Positions 1 to 13,896 of a stretch of DNA of 64,000 nt are shown here, in pieces. The number at the start of each line of letters is the position of its first letter. Within the stretch, counting starts at the first letter, position 1. Made by a program: the position numbers and the translations under genes. Under the pieces are notes generated by a model. That model was not told where the DNA came from and searched no databases. It saw only the letters and a list, made by a program, of their open reading frames with translations. Source of the stretch: Podarcis melisellensis (Eukaryota); NCBI GenBank assembly GCA_964234715.1, contig OZ174291.1; one strand, given 5' to 3'.

Positions 1-1219
1 GTATGAGCGCTCACTTGCTAAACCAAAGCTCATTGACCACCACATCCTGGTTTCTTGCTTGTGGGGTCAAGTGGAGCCTTATCGCTCATCTGCAGCACTT
101 CCTGATAGCAGGGCAAGGAGAAAAGTCAAATTTCCAGGCCTGCAATAAGACATATGTTTCACTTCTGTCCCACTCGGGCACCAGGACAGCAAAGGGCCCC
201 TCCATCTCCCTATAACCTCTCCTCTGGGGCAAGGCCTGGTTCCCTTCTCTTTCCCCAACCCCAAAGGAAGCAGAGGTGCTAGCCCCCACCCCACCTGGAA
301 AGGAGACCGTAGCATAGCCAGGAGATGATGGAAGCCGAACTGGGGGTGTCTCAAGACGTAGGACAGGCAGAGGGAAGATGGGCCCCCGAGACAGGAGCCT
401 GGGAAGAAGGCAGCTATTTTTAGCCGCCGTCCATCTGCTTGGCAGGAGCAGAGTTTCGCTATCAGCGCAGCACGAGACGCCGTCTCCGCTTGCCCCGGGC
501 CCAAGGAGAGGGGGGCAGCGACACTCCCCAGGCATCAGGAATGCTGCTCCTTCCTGGCGAGGCATGTACACCACCTAGAACACCCTTCTCATGCCAGCCA
601 CATATTTTCAAGCTACGCCTGGAAACTTCAGCGAGGGGAATTGGAGGGGGGAGTTTCCTCCAAGGAGGCCTGAACTTGGCCAGGAGACACAGGCTATAGG
701 CCAAAAGCAGGGGGGGGGGTGGAGGAAGAGAGAGGCTCTTCTCTGCCCCTCCCAAGGACGGAACATTTCACTTAAGAAGCCACAACACGCTGGGCATACA
801 TTCAACCTCCCAGATTATACACCCCATCGAAGCAACACTCCTAATTTTAAACCCACCGCCCCCAACGAAGGGTTAGAAACCCCGTCTCCCCCAACTGGGG
901 AGGTGGTCGGGCAGCCCCTCCTTTTAGAAAAAACCCTCCTCTGTTCCTGAACATTTGTTTTATTGGGACAGCCCCAGATCTTCCTTTCCGGGCAAGGAGC
1001 TTGGTTGGGAAAGGAGGCGACATAGCTCCAGGCATCGAGAGCCACATCAAATTGAGCTTTCTGACCCAGATTCTGTTACCATTATAAAACTCTAGAAGAC
1101 AATCCTACTTTTTAAAGGCAGGATTAAAACATCCCGCTCACTCAAGGAGGCTGCAGCAAATTAGAAGCCAAGGGCCTGGCAGAAAAGAAATGCTTTTGCC
1201 TGAAGCTATGTAAGGTTGG

Positions 1220-1564
1220 GGACACGGGTGGCACTGTGGGTTAAACCCCAGAGCCTAGGACTTGCTGGTCAGAAGGTCGGCGGTTCAAACCCCCCACAAC
1301 GGGGTGAGCTCCCATTGCTCGGTCCCAGCTCCTGCCAACCTAGCAGTTTGAAAGCACGTCAAAGTGCAAGTAGATAAATAGGTACCGCTCAGGCAGGAAG
1401 GTAAACGGCGTTTCCGTGTGCTGCTCTGGTTCGCCAGAAGCAGCTTAGTCATGCTGGCCACATGAAGCTGTACGCCAGCTCCCTCGGCTAAGAAAGCGAG
1501 ATGAGCACCGCAACCCCAGAGTCGGCCACGTCTGGACCTAATGGTCAGGGGTCCCTTTACTTTC
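1220..1564 (+). mobile_element. Sauria SINE
   Basis: tRNA-like head (GGTGGCACTGTGGGTTAAACC...GGTTCAAAC), AAGTAGATAAATAGGTACC core, CCTTTAC tail; TSD ATGTAAGGTTGG. Confidence 0.9.
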
Positions 1565-4500
1565 ATGTAAGGTTGGTGCCAGGCAAGCTTCCCCCAGGAG
1601 AGCATTCTACAAGCAGGGAGCCATCACTGGGAAGGCCCTGTTCTCATGTTGATGCCCTCCGGACCTCCCATGTTACACTGATGGAGGAGCTTCACTGGGA
1701 GCGTAGCTGCTTTCAATACTTTTGAGGAGGACATCCCTCTGGACAGGGCTGGGAATTGGGAAACTGTGCCCCTGTAGGTCATGCTCCTCCTATTCAGCAA
1801 ATTGGTTCTAGCATTTGCACCATGGTGTCCCACAGCAGCCACCCAGGAAGACCTACATGAAGCCACTGAGTGAGTTTGCCCAAGGATCTGGAATAAAGTG
1901 CCCTCGGTATGCCAGCAATGCTCAGCTCTCTTCCGTCCAGGTCTTGGGACTTGCTGAACAAGCACCTGTAGCAAGTTGGACAGGTGCTAATATTCTGAAG
2001 CTCACTTCGGTAAGATGGTGGGGCTGTAGCTATGAGGTCTGTCTGACCACACTCATAGAAACATAAGAGCCCTGCAAAACCCCCAGCAAAGAAACATAAA
2101 GTTCTTGCACACCCGGCCCCCAAGGACTCAGCTATACAGCTGCAAATATAATGTTCGAAGTTCGTTTTAAGTGCATTACCAAATGTGACCTTAGGTGGCG
2201 ATGGTGAGCTAATGGGAAATTCAGTACATATTTTAAAACTTATTTTTTAAAAGCATTTTCACAGTGCGTGTTTTTTTAAATATATGTCTAGATTCAGCCC
2301 AAGTGTTACCTCTGCTTATACGCTGCTTCTCTCCAGACAGGATTCCAGGGGTGTCAATTATGCTGATGCTGTCCAGGACTGGGTTGGGCAGCTGGGCACA
2401 CATGAACCTACGAGGAGGGAGGAGAGGATCGTTAAGCCATTTGTCTCAGCCAAAAAAGCAAGCATAGGGAGGCAGACGTGGCCTGTCCCCCTCGCCACAC
2501 TTTTTGGGCAACAGAGCTAACTGATTCATAGAGTTGAGCCACGTTTCAAAGTGGGGCCTCCCACCCTCCAGCACCCACCTTCGTGTGGCACCACCCACAA
2601 AGAGAAGGGAAGGGTGCCACGAGAATGAGTGGAAGATAACTTGGGAAACAATTCACCCCCTTTACTTGCCGGGCTCCCTTGAACTTGTTTGCAGATTCGG
2701 ATCAAGACCACCACAACAGGAAACTGATCTTGAACCTTTTGACAGTGGCCCAGGGCATAATCACTAAGTTTTGGAAGCCCTTTAACCTCAATAATCTAGA
2801 CAATTATTGGTATTTCAAGACTTGGCAAATCGTCCTTCTTGGGGTGGGGGGACTCACATGAGCTAAAATTGTCCTGAGGCCAAAGTGCTTGAGATTCCTT
2901 CTTTGCCATTTTTTCTCATTTGTTTCATCCACAAACACAGTGGCTCAGGAAAGTCAGGTCCCACAGGTCTAGGTGTCTGGATTTAATACAGCCCAAAGTT
3001 ACGTTTTAATCTTTTAAGTATGAACTTGCCACTGTTTTGATTTAGACCATCAAACCCTTTGAAATCACGAACCACACACCTTTCCCCTCTGGTTAGGTTT
3101 TATTTCTGATTCAATAAATTGTGTGGCTGCATCTTGTGTATTTCCTTACTGGCAACTGAGACAACTTTTCATTTTATTTCATTGATTTTTTGCAAACATA
3201 ACAAAGAGATTATAATCTTAAAGTGTCAAAGCCTGGAAGGACAAAAGCCCAAAGATACAAAACAGCTCCAAGGTGATAATAAAGCATTAACTCATACAAA
3301 TATTCCCTTTACAAATAATAAAGATTCACTAGAAATAAAACTGTTCCCCCATGAGTTTCATTCATTAATGAGAATAAAGGTTCTATGTAGTCTTAAATGA
3401 GCCAGACACTTGCAAATACTGATTTTTAAAAATACATAGAAGGAGAGGATGCCACTGTTCCACTGAGAGTTGATCCACTTGGACTCGTAACTTTCAGCAG
3501 GGATGTTGGGGTTTCAACGAAGGATGCAGGCGACTGCCTTAGGCCTAGCCTGAGACCATCTACCGGGACCATCGACAGCAGCTCTCAGGAAGAGAGTCTT
3601 CTCCGCTCTTCTTACCAATGACCAGAGAGATGCTTGTGGGATTTGAACCTGGGACCTTCCTGCATGCAGAGCAGGCACCCTCCCAGCGAGCAGCGAAGGC
3701 CCTTCCGCAAGCTTCCCGGACCCTGTGTGAGACACGGGTTTTGCACCCCAGAATTGTGTTGAGGTTGTCAAGAGCTAGACGTTCTGCTTTTCAAAAACGC
3801 TTCCTCTCGATTTCACAAGGAGGAAGGCATGACCACGGGACACAACAGGAAGATTTGGGCAGGGTAGGAGTTGCGGCAATCGACGGGGCTCAGATGGACA
3901 AGTACCTTTTGCCCAGGGATGGGGAACTCAAAGATGACCTAAAAGATACTGTGCAACTGCAAACCATCTTCCTAGACATGTTGTTCATGATGGCTGCTGC
4001 GGCTGATGGGTGCTAGGAAATCTAACAACATCAGGGGAAGGCGGTCAGGTTCCCCCTTGAGCTAGAGACCAGGCCTGTGGGCTGGTCATAAAGTCCAGAA
4101 CATCGCCACACCACACCCCCCCCTACAATTTGGTCTCCAGGGTATCTTGCTCCAGCAGCTGACTGTAGGGTATTTATTTCGCCTGGAGACCAAACCCAAC
4201 GCAGCACCTTTAGACCTGGAAAGAATGTCCCATCTGCACTCCACATTTAAAGTGGTATCAGACCACCTTAAACAACCATGGCTTCTTCCCCCAAAGAATT
4301 CTGGGAGCTATCATTTGTTACGGGTGTGAAGGGTTCCTAGGGGAACCCAATTCTCCCCAAAGAGCTATAATTCGCAGAGTTCCCATAGAAAGAGGGAAAC
4401 CACTCTAGCAATTGCAGCTCCCAATTCTTGGGACCCTGAACAAACTGCAGCTCTCGGGATACTTTAAGGGAAGCTGTTTCTGTTTAAAGTGACATGATAC

Positions 4501-5472
4501 TGCTTTAAAAGTACAGTGCGAATTAGGCCAGAGTCTCAGCCGGCTATCCCAGCTCCTGATACACAACAGCTCTCCTCCCATCAAGGCCATCTTTGACATG
4601 GACAGAGACTAAGGGAGCAACGCATCAAGGCACTGAGGCCTGTGCTGTGCTCAGAAGAGGAAGGTCAAAAATTAGGCTCATGGGTTTGAGACCCATGTTG
4701 GGCGAAAAATCCCTGCACTGCAGAGGGTTGGGCCAGATGACTGACACGGCCTCTTCCAGCACACCCCAGTACTTATCCCGAACTTTCAGTCGCTGCTGAC
4801 TTTGCCACCAGAACATTCTCTGTCCTCTCTGTCTCAAAGCACCTCTCAGAGGCCATAGCTCATGCATGCAGAAGGCCCCGGGTTCAGTCCTCCCAAAGGC
4901 ATCTGCAGGGAGGGCTGGGAGAGGCTCCCTGAAACCCTGGCATTGCTGCCAGTCAGTGTGGGCAGCACCAAGATAGATGGACTCGGAGGAAAGCAGCTTC
5001 CCATGTCCCATGCCAAGAGAGATGGGGCCGCTTCCCCTCTCCTGAAATGCTCAAGACATCCTCCCATGACCTCGCCTGATCCATCCTCCGCCCTTGCGGG
5101 AATAATAATAATAATTTTTTATTTAAACCCCTCCCTCCCCGGTCAGAACCAGGCTCAGGGCGGCTAACACCAGTAAAATTACAACAAAAACATAATGGGG
5201 GGGGGGGAACAATTTAAAATGCAGCCTCATTTTAATAATAGCCCATAGATCAAAACCATAAGGGGAGGGAAACATAAGGGTCAGACTGAGTCCAAACCAA
5301 AGGCCAGGCGGAACAGCTCTGTCTTGCGGGCCCTGCGGAAAGATGTCAAGTCCCGCACGGAATGCTTTCCTGCACAGCCCAGCATGGGAGCAAGAGGCAC
5401 CCTCTGCCTCCTTGGTGCTCAGCACTGCAACTAGAAGAGATGAGCTTTGGAATATTGCAGACAGATTTGCAG

Positions 5473-5473
<1 letters not shown>

Positions 5474-5515
<42 letters not shown>
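5474..5515 (+). repeat. (GCT)14 microsatellite in EHD1 intron 1
   Basis: Perfect trinucleotide run. Confidence 0.95.
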
Positions 5516-5518
<3 letters not shown>

Positions 5519-5964
5519 GAATTTGCTCCCGCCTTCTCCCCGCAAGCAGCAGTGAAGGCAACAAAGACCAAAGGCCACCTCTTCCTCCCTGCACCAATTC
5601 CTCCTTGCGCAGCCCCTGCTTAACCCACAAAAGGCTGTGCACAAATCCAACTCCTGAACGCGCGGCCTGCGCTCCACCTGTACAGAGGTCCTAAGCCAAG
5701 GGTACGGGGAGGTCAGCCGTCGTCAAGGACACTGGCAAGCTGCCTCGGATAATCTTGTAAGGATCCTCTGGAGATAAGGCACCTCCCGTCCTGGGCCCCC
5801 TTCTGCTTGGCCAACATGACCATCCAGCCTCCAGAAGGACTGTGGATTCCACCTACACCTACAGCATTTGACTGGGAAGCCTTCTCAGATTACTGGGCGC
5901 AGCAGAGGGTGAAAGCAGAAGGAGAAAGGAGTTAGGTATTAAGCCACCAGCAACCCATACATTA

Positions 5965-6310
5965 GGGACGCAGGTGGCGCTGTGGGTTAAACCACAGAGC
6001 CTAGGACTTGCCAATCAGAAGATTGGCGGTTCGAATCCCCGCGACGGGGTGAGCTCCTGTTGTTCAGTCCCAGCTCCTGCCAACCTAGCAGTTCGAAAGC
6101 ACGTCAAAGTGCAAGTAGATAAATAGGTACCGCTCCGGGGGGAAACTAAACAGCGTTTCCGTGCGCTGCTCTGGTTTGCCAGAAGTGGCTTAGTCATGCT
6201 GGCCACATGACCCGGAAGCTGTACGCCGGCTCCCTTGGCCAATAAAGTGAGATGAGCGCCGCAACCCCAGAGTCAGTCACGACTGGACCTAATGCTCAGG
6301 GGTCCCTTTA
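5965..6310 (+). mobile_element. Sauria SINE
   Basis: Same consensus as 1220-1564; TSD CCATACATT. Confidence 0.9.
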
Positions 6311-6583
6311 CCATACATTTAAAGCACCAAGATACCACTTCAAGTAACCATGGCTTCTTCCTCCAAAGCAACATGGGAGCTGTTTGTTCGGGGTGCTGAA
6401 AGTTGTGAGGAGACCCCTCCTTGAGTGGCTTAACAGCCAATCCATCTTCCCAGGGGTCTGTAACTCTGCAAGGGGAATTGGCAGCGTCCTTCAAAGTCTC
6501 CACACCCTTAACAAACAGCAGCTCCCATAATTCTTTGGGGAGGAACCCATGACTTTTTAAAGTGGCACCCTAACTCTTTAAAT

Positions 6584-6721
6584 CAGGGTCTCCCAAACTT
6601 GGGCCTCTCCAGCTGTTGTTGGACTACAACTCCCATCAGCCCTAGCTAGCAGGACCAGTGGCCAGGGATGGTGGGAACTGTAGTCCAAAAACAGATGGAG
6701 AGCCAAGTCGGCGAAACCCTG
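6584..6721. mobile_element. hAT-type MITE
   Basis: CAGGG...CCCTG ends, internal palindrome GGACTACAACTCCCATC/GATGGTGGGAACTGTAGTCC, 8-bp TSD CTTTAAAT. Confidence 0.8.
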
Positions 6722-8257
6722 CTTTAAATGTATGGGGTGAATGTGGCTTTAACAGCCCTCCCCACCACACGATTCCGTGTAGGGCAAGCCAGGCAAAGCC
6801 GTCTGTAGATAAAATTCCCCAAAAGCATCCAGTTGGCAGCCAGCCACTCCAACAGCATGACCAAACTTCTCAGGGTGCAAGGAGGACTGGATACAAAATG
6901 CTGAGCTGGCCCCACACGAAGATTAGGGATGCAGCTTTTCAAAACAGTTTTCGGAAGGGCCATGCCCCCAGCAGAAGAGCACAAGCTTTGCTCAGGTCCA
7001 AGGTTCAATCCCCACATTTCCGGACGGTGCTGGTTGAGACACCTGTTCGGCAAACCCACCACTGCCAGGCAGCACAGCCACTAGCAAGCCAGATGGACCA
7101 GGTATCCTTAGCTTGTGGCAAGAAAGCATCCTATGCTCAGAGCTAGTTGAAAGCCACATGCGGGTCTGCAAAGCGCACCAACCTTGCGCAGGGAGATTTC
7201 TGGCTTACCAATCTAAACACTACAGAGGTCAGGTGGGAGTGGAACAAAAGTGTAAACACTGTCAGGGTGTAAAATTAACTAGGAGGCCCAAATTCCTCCT
7301 CTGAACTCCCAGACTGTTTTGCTAGCAAGGGAATCTGCCAGAGTTGCAAGCCGACCCTAAGTCTGCCGGAGGTCGCAGGGAGACCCAGCAGGAACTAACA
7401 ATCCCTCTTTGTGTTGACCCTGCTCTCCTGAAACAGACTTTCGGCAGCATTAACTCGTGACTGGCAAGGAATTTGATCTCGGGGCTCAAAAGGGCCCTTA
7501 AAGAGACCACTTGGCAAAAACTCTTGTTATGGGCAGTGTCAGACTTTGCAAACACTCGCTCAGATCTTCCCAGCCCACCCTTCCTGAGCAAAATTCCAGG
7601 GCACACTAGAGGGATCGGGGCTGCATGAGGACCACCCCCCTTGGAAATCAGGGCAATTCCTGACTGACGCCAAGATCCAGGGAATGAAAAGTCCATCACC
7701 ACAAGAACGTTGTATCAGAGGCAAAAAAAACCCAGAAGTTAACACCACCCCTGCTGTATGGCGGAAAGAATTTAGAATGAAACAAATTTATCAGCAACAC
7801 AGGAGGTAATTCCTGGATCAGGTAAGCTTGACCACAGTAGCGGTGACTTTAGGACTGGACTGCTGCAATACACTTCATGTGGGGCCTCCTTTGCGCTTGA
7901 CCCAGAAAGTGTGGTTAGTGCAGAATGCTGCAGCGTGGTTGATGAGTGGAGCAGACCCTGTCGGAATACCTGCTCAGAAATGTGCACTGGCTGCTGGTTT
8001 GTTAGTGGGCTAAACCCAAAGAGACTTTGTATACAAGGTTCTCTCAACAGCGTGGAACCAGCTTACTTAAAAGATCACCTTGCCCCACACATGCACCCCC
8101 TCGACTGCAGAACTAGGACTTTTACAAATGCACATGTTTGTTCCATGGATGCAAGGAATTTGATCCTTCAGGGCGACAGCATCTAAATTTTAGAACTCCC
8201 CATCCATTGACATTAGACAAGCATCTTTGCTGTATTTTTGGTGCCTGCTAAGAACCT

Positions 8258-8831
8258 GGGACGCAGGTGGCGCTGTGGGTAAAAGCCTCAGCGCCTAGGG
8301 CTTGCCGATCGAAAGGTCGGCGGTTCGAATCCCTGCTGCGGGGTGCGCTCCCGCTGCTCGGTCCCAGCGCCTGCCAACCTAGCAGTTCGAAAGCACCCTC
8401 GGGTGCAAGTAGATAAATAGGGACCGCTTTCTAGCGGGAAGGTAAACGGCGTTTCCGTGTGCAGCTCTGGCTCGCCAGAGCAGCGATGTCACGCTGGCCA
8501 CGTGACCCGGAAGTGTCTCCGGACAGCGCTGGCCCCTGGCCTCTTAAGTGAGATGGGCGCACAACCCCAGAGTCTGTCAAGACTGGCCCGTACGGGCAGG
8601 GGTACCTTTACCTTTACCTTTAAGAACCTGGCAAGTAGATAAATAGGTATCGCTCTGGTGGGAAGGGAAACGGCATTTCCGCGCGCTGCTCTGGTTCGCC
8701 AGAAGCGGCTTAGTCATGCTGGCCACTTGACTGTACGCCGGCTCCCTTGGCCAATAAAGAGAGATGAGCGCCACAACCCCAGAGTCAGTCACGACTGGAC
8801 CTAATGGTCAGGGGACCTTTACTTTTACCTT
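8258..8831 (+). mobile_element. Full-length Sauria SINE (8258-8620) plus a 5'-truncated Sauria SINE (8632-8831) in tandem
   Basis: Two SINE bodies of different subtype, separated and flanked by three copies of TAAGAACCTGG. Confidence 0.88.
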
Positions 8832-8889
8832 TAAGAACCTGGCTTAGGCAGACCTATCTAGACATGTACATTTGACACACATTTTAATA

Positions 8890-9103
8890 CAGTGGACCCT
8901 CCGGATACAAATTAAATTCGTTCCGGGGTTCTGTACTTAACCTGAAAAGTCCGTAACTGGAGGCGCTCCTTCTGCGCACAGTGTACAGAGCACTTCTGCG
9001 CATGTGCGCATGGTAAAACCCGGCAGTATATACTTCCTGGTTTGCCACATTCACAACCTGAAAGTTATGTATCCAGAACGGTACGTAACTCAAGGGTCCA
9101 CTG
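8890..9103. mobile_element. Tc1/pogo-type MITE
   Basis: TA-CAGTGGACCCT...AGGGTCCACTG-TA. Confidence 0.8.
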
Positions 9104-11019
9104 TATGTAACTGCATCCAATTATGTATATGAATATTTTGAAAAGGTTTAGGTCAGCTTGTTTTTAACTTCTGGCTTCACCGGTATTTGTTAACAACTTT
9201 TAGACTTTATGTAAATTGATTGGAGGTTTTGATGATTAAGCAGTATACAAATCCAGATAAATTAATAAAAAAAACAACAACACCAAACTAGTGGGATCTG
9301 CAACAAAGTTTTGCAGCGTGGACAGGGGGTCCTCTCCTTCAGGGCTGCAGCCAGCCACATGCTCCACCCCTTCCTCCCGTGTTTTCTCCCCCAAATCAGG
9401 ATTCCATGGCAAGGACCAGCCCTCACTTCTGAACATCACTTAAGAGCAAGAACAACAGATGCTATAAATAAAAGATGCTCCAGAATGCCAGCCCACAACT
9501 TTTAACTTTGCCAGCCCCACTTCTAAGAGCTCTGTGATGCCTCAGCAGGACAGGAGCTTGGGGGTGGGGTGGGAGGACTGAGGAAAAGTACTAGCCTAAA
9601 CCCCCACCTGACAAAACAGATCCTGGGGTGCCTGCATTTTGCCACTGACTGAATGCACACACAACTATCAAATGAAAGGCTTTTACTTGGCCAATTTTGT
9701 AGTTTTGTTCCTTTGGAAAAGGCTTGAAAAAGCCCCTCTGCTCTGGGAGGGGGGTGGGGCCTGAGCTACACTGCTAGGCCTCAATAACTCTTCCCCCTCC
9801 AGTCTGGGAACTGGCTGGGCGTGTGAGCCAAAGAGGGGATTTCTGTTGCTCTTTAAATCTGCCTGCCAAAGACAGATGGGAGAGGGCAGAAGGAAGGGAC
9901 AGTGCCCTAAAAGCCCAGGCTGGCAGCAGGGCTGGCTGACTGGGCACAGCCAGGGCACCAAGTCAGGCTGGAAAAGAAAGTGGAATTGGGCGGGTTGCAC
10001 TTTTGGATCTTATCAGCTGCAGGATGTAGAGCTCCAAAAAGTGAGCGGCAGGATCCACATCCACTACCTGGGCATAAGCCAGGGAGAGAAAAGAAGGCAG
10101 AGCAAGATTATTGACAGTAGATCCACCCAATGGATTGAAAGCACAGCCAGAGGACATACTTAACACAAGTGACTCTCCCCCAAAGAATCCTGGGAACTGC
10201 AGTTTGTTATAAGTGTGTTTGCGAACTTTATCTCTGTGAGGAGGAAACTACAGTTCCCAAGATTCCCTGGTGTGCTCTAAATGTATGGTGTGGACCTATT
10301 CAGAGGAGGCTGCACTGCAACACTCCCCCCCCACCACAAAAAATGTTTCCTTGCTCATCTTCCTTTAGGGAAAGTTTAATTTGCCGCTTGCATTTGATAT
10401 GGTACAGCACCCCACTTCTTCCCAAAGTTGTTCATCTGTGGCTTAACCCACAGCGCCACCCTGGCCCTGCCCCTAGTGAGTGTTATATCATGTCTGAGTG
10501 GGGATTTGAACTTGCTTCGTGGATCTTGCTCTCATCTAGGTGGTCCATGTCTTTTTGGCAGGGGGGTGTGCAAGATAGCAGGTCCCTCCATTCATATGAC
10601 TGGCTCAGGTTCATATGTCAGCTACAGGGCAACCTCAAGAGGGGAAGTCACCCTCTTCGAGCCTAGCAAAAACACCAAGTGAGTCCACCTTGAGTTTCCT
10701 GGAAAGCGGGAGCAGCTACCACCTAGGCCACCCCTGACTACACTGACCGGCAGTGGCTCTCCTGCGTCTGAAAGGCTGACCCTAGAGATTCCAAGGATTA
10801 GACAGTAGACCTTCTACCTTCAAAGGGTGCATTCTACTACTGAGCTCCTAAAAACAAAGATTCTAGTCCTCATGGGTCGGAATAAAGAGCCGGTTTAAAA
10901 CAAAGGAAGCTGCCTTATTGTCTCGTTTGCATCAGCAAGGTTTACAGATAACGGGTCTTTCTTCAGCCACACCTGGAGATGCTACTGGGATTCAAGCCCC
11001 TTGGAGGGAGCCCAGGACC

Positions 11020-11770
11020 CGCCCCCCTGCTGCATCCCCGTACCTGTTGAGAAAGGCGTTGCCGAAGGCGTTGAGCTTGCGGAAGGGGCGCCGGGGGTCG
11101 ACGACCAGCGCGTTGCCCGGGATGACGCCCTCGCTCTCGCCGCCCATGACGGCGATGAAGGAGTCCGTGGTGGGCTCGGGCCCGATGCGCATGCCGGGGA
11201 AGTCCTGCTCCAGCAGGTGGCGGATGAAGGTGGTCTTGCCCGTGCTGTACTGGCCCACCAGCAGCACCATGGGCTTGCTCTCCCAGTCGGCGGGCTCCAG
11301 CGCCGGCGAGTGGAAGTCGTGGAAGCGGTAGTGCTCCTCCAGCGGCAGCAGCTTGCCGGCGTACAGTTGCTTCAGACCCTCCGAGACGGTGCGGAACAGC
11401 TCGGGTTCCTTGCGCCGCCGCGCGTCGCGGCTTACCCAGCTGAACATGGCTGAGCCCAACCCTACTGCGGGCGAAGGGTGGGGGAAAGGAAGAGAAAAAT
11501 AAGATTAAAAAAAAGAGGGAGCGTTATATGCGGGGCCGGCTCCGGGTTCAAGAGCGCCTTACGCGGCAAGCAAAGTAGCCGACGGCAGCGCAACGCACCG
11601 CAGACGCCACGCGCCGCTCGGCGGCTCTCCTTATCAAGCCGCGGCGGCGGCGCCACGCCCCTCCTCAGCCCTGATTGGCCGCTCGCCGACGTGCTTGCCC
11701 CGCCCTCTTTCCTTTCCCGGCAGCCCTGAGAGCCGCAGAAGGCAAAAGTTGTTGCGCGCCTCTTTAACTT
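11020..11770 (-). promoter_or_regulatory. EHD1 CpG island and promoter
   Basis: Dense CpG over exon 1 and upstream. CCAAT box (CTGATTGG at ~11671) and GC box (CCCCGCCC at ~11698). Confidence 0.75.
11044..11447 (-). CDS. EHD1: EH domain-containing protein 1, first coding exon (rest of the gene lies left of the window)
   Basis: ATG at 11447 in a GCCATGT context. Translates MFSWVSRDARRRKEPELF...GQYSTGKT (P-loop)...GPEPTTD...KLNAFGNAFLNR. The 404-nt exon ends at an AG|GTAC donor (11044/11043). The N-terminus MFSWVS and the ATG2A/miR-192 neighbourhood favour EHD1 over EHD3. Confidence 0.96.
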
Positions 11771-13224
11771 TTGAGCGTAGAGGTACGAAAGGGAGAGATG
11801 GGCCCATCTCAGTCGGAACCGACACCGTCCACCTTGGGACCTTCGTCCAGGGGTCGCAAATTAATGGAAACAGTAATTTTTGCTCCGCCATTGTAAGACC
11901 CTTGCCACCACCAAAGCAAGGTAACGCGGGGGGAGAGAGGAACTCTGCACATGCTCAGAAGCACTCAGGCGCCTCTGAATTCAGCCTTAGCAATTAAGAA
12001 TTGAGGCGGGGGCCTCCTAAAAAAAACAAAAACGAGTGCTCATGAGCATGTGCAGAGCGTACTTCCTTTTTGCAGGCTACTCAATACCTCCATTGTTTCC
12101 CCCTCCTTTTACAGTACACACATATTAATTAAGTAAACTTATTAAGCCAGCTGTTCTCTAACAGTGATTTGCATTAAAAAAAACCATACACATTAATACA
12201 TTATACCATGGGGAGGGGAGAGAAAAAAATATATAAAAGAGTAACGCTTTTTCATACAATACCCCTTATAACGTCCATAGGATAAATAAAACAGAATCAT
12301 CTCAGTCCATCAAAGACCCAGGGGGGAAGGTAAGTCTTTACCTGCCTCTGAAAAGATGTCAGCAAACCTCACTGGGAGGAGTATTCCTCAGAGGGAGCCA
12401 ATACTGAAAAGGTCTTTTACCTATATTATGTGGGGACGTGGGAAACGAGGTCCCCTATCTGCCAAAGCAGAAGGCCGAAGTTGATTACTAGTTCCCAGCT
12501 TTTGTTTCAACTCTTAGCTTGGTTATCTAAACCTGGATTTGAAACTGCACTTTAGCCACCCAGTAGATAGGCTTAATTAGTAATCTTATTTTCATAACAA
12601 GTGGCCAGTGTTTTTTTCTGAACCAAGTGCTGTGTATCAATAAACTGAATGGCTTGTTCCAGTCGGTCATAAAGCCGTGGCTTTTATCATTGGTTCCTCT
12701 GCTTCGTGAGCTAAAGTGCAAACCCAAACCCAGATTAGATTGCCTAATTAAATCCTACTTTCCAGTTCTTAGAGCATCACTGGCAGCCTGAATAAGGAAA
12801 GGATTCTTACTATTTTAATATTGCTTTCTTTCTGTGTTTTGCCATCGGGTGAATAGTATTATATTTTGGGTCTGTATGAAACGGGGGAGTGGGTGTCAGT
12901 GCGTGGTTTACCTGCCGTAAATGATAGCAAACTGAAACTTACATGCCCCAGCCTACAGATCTGATAAACTCCAGCTCCTTTTCTGCTTTCCTGTATCATA
13001 TGATTCCCTGAGCAAGAAATTGTCCCTCCCAGTTGTTCTCATAGGACCAAAGCATTGCTTTGCTGTAACAAGTTTGAACATGCAGAGAAGGACCACCGTA
13101 GCATCTGCTTTGCATGCAAAAGGTCCTGGGTTCAAACCCTGTGGGTGTCTCCAGATAACAAAAGGCTCATGTAGCTAGTGCTGGCAATAAATGCCTGTGC
13201 TCGAGACCCTTGAGAGTCACTGGG

Positions 13225-13730
13225 AGACAGTGTGCTGTAGTGGTTAGAGTGTCAGACTGTGACCCAGCACCCCTGTTGGCCACAAAACTCACTAAGTGGC
13301 CTTGGGCCAGTCGCTGCCTCTCAGCCTGACCTACCTCGCAGGGTTGTTGGGAGGGTTAAATGAAGAGGGTTAAATGAAGAGAATCATGTCCGCCACTTTG
13401 AGCTCCTGGGAAAGGTTGGATATACTGTACAAATAATATTTATATATGGTTGTCTCCAGTGTGGTGTAGTGGTTAGAGTCTCAGGTTAGGACCTAGGAAA
13501 CCAAGGTTACTGGGTGACTTTGGGACAGTCACTGCCTCTCAACCCTAACCCACCTCACAGAGTTGTTGTGAGAATTCAATATGGCCTAGGATCTGGGAGA
13601 GACCAGGGTTTGAATTCCCTTGGCCATGGAGTTCACTGGATGATCTTGGGGACTAGTAACTGCCTCTCAGCCTGATCTACCTGGCAGGGTTGTTGTGAGG
13701 GGGAGAATCATGCACGCCTCCTTGACCTTG
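13225..13730 (+). mobile_element. Cluster of 3-4 decayed MIR/CORE-like tRNA-derived SINEs
   Basis: Repeated GTAGTGGTTAGAG A-box heads and CTGCCTCTCAGCCT..CCTACCTCACAGGGTTGTTGTGAG cores. Confidence 0.65.
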
Positions 13731-13896
13731 GAGAAAATTGCATGGGATGGGTGGGTCAGGGTGAGGCTGGCTGGGGAGTTGTAGTTCAGCAAAACTCCTG
13801 GAGGGCACCACGTTGGGGAAGGCCCACTTAGAACAGATGAAGAGCATTCATTTCTTCATTTGTTAGGGATATTTATAGTCTGTCCTCCATCTATAC

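Noticed and set aside
5123-5694. ORFs with poly-Q/L/S/C tracts
   Set aside because: All arise from the intronic (GCT)14 microsatellite; there is no exon support.
1-11043. Search for EHD1 exon 2
   Set aside because: No FMCAQLPN...IDTPG-like exon was seen, so it presumably lies outside the window.
10918-11453. Plus-strand ORFs over EHD1 exon 1 (similar shadow ORFs at 36028-36360, 40367-41833, 46518-47148, 63417-63914)
   Set aside because: Antisense or alternative-frame shadows of GC-rich true exons.
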